Part shown: positions 1-6,246 of the stretch, piece by piece
Position numbering within the stretch: position 1 is the stretch's first letter
How the letters are laid out: each line of letters opens with the position of its first letter
Source of the DNA: a virus
Taxonomy: Duplodnaviria > Caudoviricetes
IMG/VR virus record: IMGVR_UViG_3300036803_000075
Span: 43,725 to 107,724 of that record
DNA: 64,000 bases
Strand: one strand, 5' to 3'
Notes under the pieces: generated by a model
Told to the model about the DNA's origin: nothing
What the model saw: the letters and a program-made list of their open reading frames with translations, nothing else
Database searches by the model: none
Made by a program: the position numbers and the translations under genes

Positions 1-7
1 GTGCCCT

Positions 8-1654
8 TTGAGGTTCGCTGGGAATTGGCCGTTGGCCAGCAGCCCATCGCAGCCTGAGGACTGGCCCGAGGGGGCGATTTATCATTCGCGCCTCGGGCTG
101 TTCGCATTTCAAAACGAAGGTGTAGCCCAGGCGTATCTGCGCCGGCAGGCCATGGTGATTTTCGACCAGGGCCTAGGAAAAACTCACATCGCCATGAGAC
201 TAGCCGCCCTCCTGCGGGAGGATGACGAGCTGTCCACCTGCATGGTGGTCTGCGAACGCAACACTCTGCGGCAGTGGCGAGACTTCTTCGGCCAGTTCAC
301 CAGGCTGGACCCGCTGATCATCCATGGGCCCAAACGCCAGGAGCGACTGGCCAGGTACGTCGCCAGCCAAGGTCGGCTACCGGACGTGCTTATCAGTACG
401 TACGAGACTCTCCGACTCGACACCACGGTCGCCACTGTCGGCAAGAGCAAACGGACCTCGCGTACGGACGGCTGGCTGCTGGAACGACTACTCCCGGCGG
501 CCGGCAAGATGCTCCTGGTCTACGACGAAGTTTCCAAGCTTAAGAACCGAAACTCCGCCACCTACAAGGCTCACGAGCGCACGCTGGTCAGGCTACGGCG
601 GGCGAACAAAGACCTGCGGGTACTGGGGCTGACCGCGACCCCGATCTCCAAGGACCGGGATGACGCCTTCAACGAGTACCGGCTGGTCTGCCCCGGCTCC
701 ATGCCGCCCATCGGGCATTACCAGACCTACTTCCACAAGGGCTACGACCGGTACGGCCGGCCGCGCTGGCATTCCTTCCGACTGGACGAGTTCGACGCTC
801 TGTGTACGCCCTGGACGATCCGCAAGCGCAAGTCCGATGACGATGTACGGGACCAGTTCCCTGAGCTGGTAGAGCAGAGCTGGCAGATCGAGATGAAGGA
901 CGACCAGAAGCGGCTGTACGAGCTTGTGGAGGACTTGGGGCTCAAGCCGGACAGTTGGCCTGCCGACCGGCCCTGGGAGCCTCCTGGTGGTCTCTGGACG
1001 GTACTACGGCAGGTCGTGGCCCATCCGGCCTCGCTGACACTCTCCGATGGCATCATCTCCCGGCTGATCGTCGAGGAGCTGGGCGCCGACTACCTGCGGA
1101 GCATCTCCTCCACCAAGACCGAGGCCCTGGTGGAGTACCTACGGCCCATCGTGCTCGGCCAGGGCGCCAAGGCGGTGGTCTTTTCCTTCTTCGGACAGTC
1201 GGTTCTGCCCCTGTTGGCCGAGGCGCTGCGCACGGCCAGGATGCTGGTCTTCACCTACCACGGCGGCATGACCGACACAGAGCGTAACCAGGCCATCGCG
1301 GCATTCCGCTCTTCAGCTGAGCCGTGCGTCTTCCTCTCATCCGACGCCGGAGCCAGGGGGATCAACCTCCCCGAGGGCGAGTACGTGATCGAGTACGAGT
1401 CGGCCGGCACCCATGAGATTCGGGAGCAGCGGATCAACCGCTGTAGCCGGATCGACGGCACCAAGAAGCTGCTCACCGCCATGACGTTCGTGGTGGACGG
1501 GACGGTCGAGGTGCCCATCATCAAGAAGATGATCGAGCGCAACCAGGCCCATGACAGTGTCCGGGGAGACCAGGACGCCGAGGGTACGTTCATGTCTGCC
1601 GAAGAGCGGGCCGAGGTACTCAGACTTTCCTTGATGAGTAGGAGAAAAAGATGA
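8..1654 (+). CDS. SNF2-family (SF2) helicase/ATPase; true start may lie upstream of the window
   Basis: Walker A-like DQGLGKT, DExx (YDEVS), motif III LTATP, and C-terminal motifs SDAGARGINL and QRINRCSR. Confidence 0.85.
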   Translation: MRFAGNWPLASSPSQPEDWPEGAIYHSRLGLFAFQNEGVAQAYLRRQAMVIFDQGLGKTHIAMRLAALLREDDELSTCMVVCERNTLRQWRDFFGQFTRLDPLIIHGPKRQERLARYVASQGRLPDVLISTYETLRLDTTVATVGKSKRTSRTDGWLLERLLPAAGKMLLVYDEVSKLKNRNSATYKAHERTLVRLRRANKDLRVLGLTATPISKDRDDAFNEYRLVCPGSMPPIGHYQTYFHKGYDRYGRPRWHSFRLDEFDALCTPWTIRKRKSDDDVRDQFPELVEQSWQIEMKDDQKRLYELVEDLGLKPDSWPADRPWEPPGGLWTVLRQVVAHPASLTLSDGIISRLIVEELGADYLRSISSTKTEALVEYLRPIVLGQGAKAVVFSFFGQSVLPLLAEALRTARMLVFTYHGGMTDTERNQAIAAFRSSAEPCVFLSSDAGARGINLPEGEYVIEYESAGTHEIREQRINRCSRIDGTKKLLTAMTFVVDGTVEVPIIKKMIERNQAHDSVRGDQDAEGTFMSAEERAEVLRLSLMSRRKR

Positions 1655-1863
1655 GCCCGACCGTACACTCAGCCGACGACGGTTACTACGACCCCTTCGC
1701 CGAGATGGACGCCACCAGCGAGCGAAACTGGGTAGCCGATCATCCCGGATACAGCATCCAGACGCCGCCCGGGTTCCTGAAGATCAACCGGTTTCCGGTC
1801 TGCGACCGCTGTGGCTCGCTCGTCGTGAACACGACCAAGCATGACGAGCGCTGCCCTCTCTAG
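1651..1863 (+). CDS. Small hypothetical protein with a CxxC motif
   Basis: ATGA overlap with the helicase stop, AGGAG RBS, CDRC and a C-terminal HxxxC. Confidence 0.6.
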   Translation: MSPTVHSADDGYYDPFAEMDATSERNWVADHPGYSIQTPPGFLKINRFPVCDRCGSLVVNTTKHDERCPL

Positions 1864-1921
1864 GCATACTGCCCAACATTTTTAGAGGATTGGCTAGACC
1901 TGCATCGTTTGAAGTGGTTCA

Positions 1922-3280
1922 ATGGCCGACGTGAGCCACTCTTACGATCAAACTCCGGTAGCCGAGATCGAGCAGGTTACCCGCATGTTCCACAAGGGTG
2001 CGACCATTCGCGTCTTCGTCATAGGCGGAAAGTACTGGTACGCGGCCGTCGACATCGGCAAGGTGCTAGGCATCGGGCGTAACGGGCCAGAAGTCCGAAG
2101 GTACCTGGAGACCGGCTTCATGACCGTCAACCTGACCGGGTTCGCCGAGGCCAACCCGGGTCTGGTGGACCTGGCCCAGACCAAAAACGGTCTGCTGGTC
2201 CTGGTGAACGACCCAGCGGTCGACACCCTCACCCGCTACGGCATGCAAATGGGCCGGTGTGTGGAGAAAGAGGGCTGGTACATGATGGCGAAAGAGGAGC
2301 CTCAACAGCAGGTCATCCAGACCGCAGCCAAGCCGTTGTCGCAGACGCCGGTCACCGAACTCATCGAGCAGGAGGAGACCACAGAAGAGATCCTCAAAGC
2401 TTTCGAACAAGCAGAGAAGGTACACGTGACCATCAGGCCAAAACCGAGACCGCCAAGGAAGGACACCCGCATGCCCAACAGCCCCATCAGCATCCGTCCG
2501 GAGAGGATTAGCCCGGACCAGGCCCGTCGATACCTGGCGGCCAACACCAGCAACCGCAACATCCGCCGTGAGCTGGTCAAGGTTTATGCCCGCGATATGG
2601 CCGAAGGCCGTTGGAAGGACAACGGCGAGACGATCAAGTTCTCCAAGGACGGCGTCCTGATAGACGGCCAGCACCGGCTGGAGGCCGTCGTCCAGGCCAA
2701 CGTGACCATCTCCATGGTGGTGGTGCGAGGGCTCAACGCCGACGTACAGGCCACCATCGACGCCGGAGCCAAGCGGACCGCAGGCGACGCTCTCAAGCTG
2801 CGCGGTGAGATGTACGGGCGCACCCTCGCTGCCGTCGCCCGACGCTGCCTGATCTGGGAGGCCAGCGACCGCAAGGACATGGACCCGTCCCATCGGTCGG
2901 TTTCCCACCAGGAGGTCATCGATTACGTGGCCGCCCACCCCGACCTGCAGAACGCCACCGACTTCGCCCAGCACATCACCGGAAGCCGGCCGGCTCCGTT
3001 GTCGGTCATGGGCTTCAGCTACTGGGCGCTCGCACAGATCTCCCAGGATGATGCCGACCTGTTCTTCGAGGGCCTGACCACAGGCGTTAACCTGACGCCG
3101 GGCAATCCCGTACTGGCGCTGCGGAATCGGCTGCTGGATGTCCGCTACCGCAGGTACTCAGCTCAGGATGACCGAGAGAAGGTCGCGCTGATCTTCAAGG
3201 GCTGGAACTTCTTCCGGGCCGGTCGCCCTGTCCAGATCCTGAAGTTCATGAAGTCCGAGTCCTTCCCCATCCCGAAGTAA
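1922..3280 (+). CDS. Bro-N-like domain plus DGQHR/ParB-like domain protein
   Basis: N-terminal IRVFVIGGKYWYAAVDIGKVLG resembles Bro-N. NRNIR...LIDGQHRLEAV is the DGQHR motif. A possible internal start lies at 2471 after AAGGAAGGA. Confidence 0.6.
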   Translation: MADVSHSYDQTPVAEIEQVTRMFHKGATIRVFVIGGKYWYAAVDIGKVLGIGRNGPEVRRYLETGFMTVNLTGFAEANPGLVDLAQTKNGLLVLVNDPAVDTLTRYGMQMGRCVEKEGWYMMAKEEPQQQVIQTAAKPLSQTPVTELIEQEETTEEILKAFEQAEKVHVTIRPKPRPPRKDTRMPNSPISIRPERISPDQARRYLAANTSNRNIRRELVKVYARDMAEGRWKDNGETIKFSKDGVLIDGQHRLEAVVQANVTISMVVVRGLNADVQATIDAGAKRTAGDALKLRGEMYGRTLAAVARRCLIWEASDRKDMDPSHRSVSHQEVIDYVAAHPDLQNATDFAQHITGSRPAPLSVMGFSYWALAQISQDDADLFFEGLTTGVNLTPGNPVLALRNRLLDVRYRRYSAQDDREKVALIFKGWNFFRAGRPVQILKFMKSESFPIPK

Positions 3281-3326
3281 GCCCCCTCTACCCACCGTCC
3301 CTTTTCTGCCAGGAAGGCAAACCCTC

Positions 3327-3962
3327 ATGCAGATCACTCGTAAGAAGGTGGCCATCGCGGTCACTGCGGCCGTCATTGCCGCCATCGGAATCCTGGCCGG
3401 CTGTACCAGCCTGCCGTCAGCCCAGCAGGCCGCCGTCAACCGGTCCCAGACCCGGGCGAACTACGTCCCCAAGAACGACGTGGAGGGGCGCAACTACAAC
3501 GCCCGCCAGCGTCTGGCCGACGACCCCACCGCGATCGTCTGGTGCTCGGTCTACCCGAACAACCAGACGGTCAAGCCCTACACCGTCCCGATCGCCGGCA
3601 AGCTCACCTCGGGCAACAAGCGGCCCTACCCGACGAGCCAGTTCAGCAATGGGACCAACGACAACACCAATAGCCCCGAGCTGCCCGGCACCGACGGCTT
3701 CTACGGCAGCTCCAGTGACTACTCCTACGGCTTCGACCCGGCCGGTGTTTACTGGGAGTTCCACAACGCCGATTTCACCTGTACGTCCTCGCCGACCTTG
3801 ATCCAGAAGAACAGCACCACCTTCTCGGTCACCACCGCACCGGACCAGCTCACGTCAGCGGACCTCCGCGCCGAGGCGGCCCTCAAGGCCTGCCGGGCGA
3901 CCAACCCGGACCCGTCCGCTCCGTGCCCGGCCGCCGCACAGATTCTGGGGATCAAGCCGTGA
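3327..3962 (+). CDS. Putative lipoprotein
   Basis: Basic N-terminus, hydrophobic stretch and LAGC lipobox; AGGAAGG RBS. Confidence 0.75.
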   Translation: MQITRKKVAIAVTAAVIAAIGILAGCTSLPSAQQAAVNRSQTRANYVPKNDVEGRNYNARQRLADDPTAIVWCSVYPNNQTVKPYTVPIAGKLTSGNKRPYPTSQFSNGTNDNTNSPELPGTDGFYGSSSDYSYGFDPAGVYWEFHNADFTCTSSPTLIQKNSTTFSVTTAPDQLTSADLRAEAALKACRATNPDPSAPCPAAAQILGIKP

Positions 3963-4375
3963 GTACTGCCAAAGCGATCTTCACCGCGATTGTCAGTCTG
4001 CTGGGCATAGCACTCATCCTGGTCGTGTTCGGTTTCTTCGCCGGCTGGTTCCGGGCTGGAGTCGAGGTCATCAGCCCTGAGAACGTCAAGGCTCAGTACC
4101 AGTTCGGCTACAGCTACGACCGTGGCATGGTCGCGCTGGCCGGCACCTGGTGTTCGGCGAAGCAGGCTGAAACGACCGAGACGAACCCCGATTACAAGGC
4201 CCAGCGGGCCAGCCAGACACTGGCGTACGGCAATCAGTACAGGTCCGTCGAGGCTCAGTACGACGCGGCGATGGCCAACGCCTTCCAGGCAAAGCACGTC
4301 AAGCCCGCAGATCTGCCGCTGGTCGCTCCGACGTTGCCCGAGAGGGTGGCGAGCTTGGGGCTGACCTGCGGATAG
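3959..4375 (+). CDS. Membrane-anchored hypothetical protein
   Basis: GTGA overlap with the upstream stop; N-terminal TM segment AIFTAIVSLLGIALILVVFGFFAGWF. Confidence 0.7.
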   Translation: MSTAKAIFTAIVSLLGIALILVVFGFFAGWFRAGVEVISPENVKAQYQFGYSYDRGMVALAGTWCSAKQAETTETNPDYKAQRASQTLAYGNQYRSVEAQYDAAMANAFQAKHVKPADLPLVAPTLPERVASLGLTCG

Positions 4376-4382
4376 TAAGACC

Positions 4383-4456
4383 GGGACGGTAGCTCAGTCG
4401 GTTAGAGCGGCGCTCTGATAAGGCGCAGGCCGGAGGTTCGATTCCTCCTCGTCCCA
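4383..4456 (+). tRNA. tRNA-Ile(GAT), CCA not encoded
   Basis: Full cloverleaf: acceptor GGGACGG/TCGTCCC, D arm GCTC/GAGC, anticodon stem GCGCT/GGCGC with loop CTGATAA (GAT at 4417-4419), T arm GGAGG-TTCGATT-CCTCC, discriminator A4456. Confidence 0.92.
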
Positions 4457-4954
4457 CGGCTACTCAGGTAGCTCGTGGCGCGGTTGGGCATGGCACGGCC
4501 AGGCGAGGCACGGCCTGGTTTGGCGCGGCGGGGCATGGCTTGGGATTTACCAGGACGACCGGCAGTCTCTGGGGTTCGAGACCTCAGCGTCCACGCCCAC
4601 TTTGGTGGGTCATGGTGCGGTCGGGCGTGGCATGGCGTGGCACGGCGTGATGCGGCAAGGCTTGGGATCTACGGGGTGACTGGCAGCCATCAGGGTTCGA
4701 GGCCCTGACATCCACGCTCGCTTTGGGCGGGTCAGGGCATGGCCGGACGCGGTTCGGCACGGTGGGGTGCGGCATGGCGTGGTGCGGCATGGCTAGGCCT
4801 GGCGTGGGATCTACAGCGGCAGTGGCACACGTCCTGGTTCGAGTCCAGGAGCCGCACGCACGGCTCGGCTGGGTCAGGTGTGGCAGGGCGACGTGTGGCA
4901 TGGCTGGGAATATACAGCGGCAGATGCGTCCTGGTTCGAATCCGGGAGTCTGCA
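4457..4954 (+). ncRNA. Array A: four GGY-NN pentamer tracts separated by mini tRNA-like elements (putative guide RNA array)
   Basis: Tracts at 4477-4541 (13 pentamers), 4614-4663 (10), 4736-4805 (14) and 4862-4906 (9). Mini-tRNA elements at 4553-4593, 4674-4714, 4816-4856 and 4920-4954. The structure is seen directly; RNA function is inferred. Confidence 0.8.
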
Positions 4955-4973
4955 CGCACTACGAAGCTGAGTA

Positions 4974-4990
4974 GGTTGGCTAAGCCAACC
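4974..4990 (+). terminator. Hairpin after array A (possible terminator or 3' stabiliser)
   Basis: Perfect inverted repeat GGTTGGC-TAA-GCCAACC; no U-tract. Confidence 0.35.
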
Positions 4991-5084
4991 CCTATCAGCC
5001 TAACCACTACTTGACGCAGAGTCGAAAAGGTGATTCCATTCCTCTCGTCATAACCGCCAGAGATCAGGGAGAGGAACCCCAAAA

Positions 5085-5690
5085 GTGGCGATCAACGATA
5101 TGAAGCTAAAACTGACCGGGACGACCCCGGTGCTGTTTCACAACAGCCAGCTCGTCAACCCGTTCAACCCGATCAACCGGGAGAAGAAGAAGCTCACGGA
5201 CAAGCGCACCAAGCAGACCGACGAGGACCGCATCCAGGTCGCTCGGCTGGAATGGACAGGCGGCTGGTACTGGAACGACGAGCACGGACCCATCCTGCCG
5301 ATGATCAACGTCTACGCGGCGCTGCTGAAGGCGGCCAAGAGCACGCGCAACGGTCCTCTGGTCGACAAGGGCGTCAACTTCTTGCGCCTGACCGAGCCCC
5401 TGCAGTACGACGGCCCCCGTGACCTGGACGGCCTGTGGGGCAACGGCATCGGCGAGGGTGGCGACCACCCCTCTCCGTACGTCGATTACCAGGCCGTCGG
5501 CCAGCAGGCGGTCAAGATCATGCGCTGCCGGCCGAAGCTGAGCGAGTGGGAGCTTGACACCGTCTTCGGAGTGGACGACACGGTCATCGATCCCGAGGCG
5601 TTCCTCGGATTCATGGCCTACGCTGGCAAGTACATCGGTGTTGGGGACTTCCGTGCTATGTACGGTAAGTTCAGCGTCAAGGAGGTCTGA
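5085..5690 (+). CDS. Small RAMP/Cas7-like RNA-binding protein, putative effector of the GGY-NN arrays
   Basis: Beta1 MKLKLTGTTPVLFHN; GPILPMINVYAALLKAA in the position of the RAMP PxIPGSSxKGxxR motif; C-terminal G-rich loop GKYIGVGDFRAMYGKFSV; lies between the two arrays; RBS AGGGAGAGGA. Confidence 0.65.
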   Translation: MAINDMKLKLTGTTPVLFHNSQLVNPFNPINREKKKLTDKRTKQTDEDRIQVARLEWTGGWYWNDEHGPILPMINVYAALLKAAKSTRNGPLVDKGVNFLRLTEPLQYDGPRDLDGLWGNGIGEGGDHPSPYVDYQAVGQQAVKIMRCRPKLSEWELDTVFGVDDTVIDPEAFLGFMAYAGKYIGVGDFRAMYGKFSVKEV

Positions 5691-5691
5691 G

Positions 5692-6246
5692 TTGACTGCT
5701 ATCTTCGACTCCGAAAACCCGCAGTGGCGGCCGATCTACGACGGTCTTAAGAAGGCCGGTCTCGAATTCGATCGTCTTTTCAGCTGGGACACACTGAAAG
5801 CCATCGCAGGATACGACATCCGGCTGAATCGCAGTGCCTTCTACGCGGCAGTAAAGCAGCTGGAAGAGCACGACAAGCGTACGTTGGTCAGTGTGTGGGG
5901 CAAGGGATATCGCGTGGCTCCAGCGCCCGAGCATCATAAGCTCGGGCTCAAGCACCAGCTCAAGGCCAAGCGTGCCGTACGGCGCGGCGCGCGCAAGGTC
6001 AAGGCGGCTGACACGTCTCATCTCACTGCCGAGCAGATCCACGCCAACGAGCAGCTGATCTTCCGACTCCATCGTCACGAAACTCAGCTGATCAACCACG
6101 AGACCCGGATCAGCGCACTGGAGAGGGAGACTGGGAAAACTCGCCGTGAGCTGGACGAGTTGAACAAGCAGTCTGAGCTGGCACGCCGGCTCAAGGCGCT
6201 GGGTATCAATGTCCCCAAGAGTGCCCCTGACACCGTCGAGGGGTAA
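5692..6246 (+). CDS. Array-associated accessory protein (winged-helix-like N-terminus, basic helix, coiled-coil C-terminus)
   Basis: TTG start at 5692 behind an AAGGAGG RBS inside the upstream gene's end. RTLVSVWGKGYRVA resembles a wHTH wing. Heptad-rich LINHETRISALERETGKTRRELDELNK. Confidence 0.65.
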   Translation: MTAIFDSENPQWRPIYDGLKKAGLEFDRLFSWDTLKAIAGYDIRLNRSAFYAAVKQLEEHDKRTLVSVWGKGYRVAPAPEHHKLGLKHQLKAKRAVRRGARKVKAADTSHLTAEQIHANEQLIFRLHRHETQLINHETRISALERETGKTRRELDELNKQSELARRLKALGINVPKSAPDTVEG

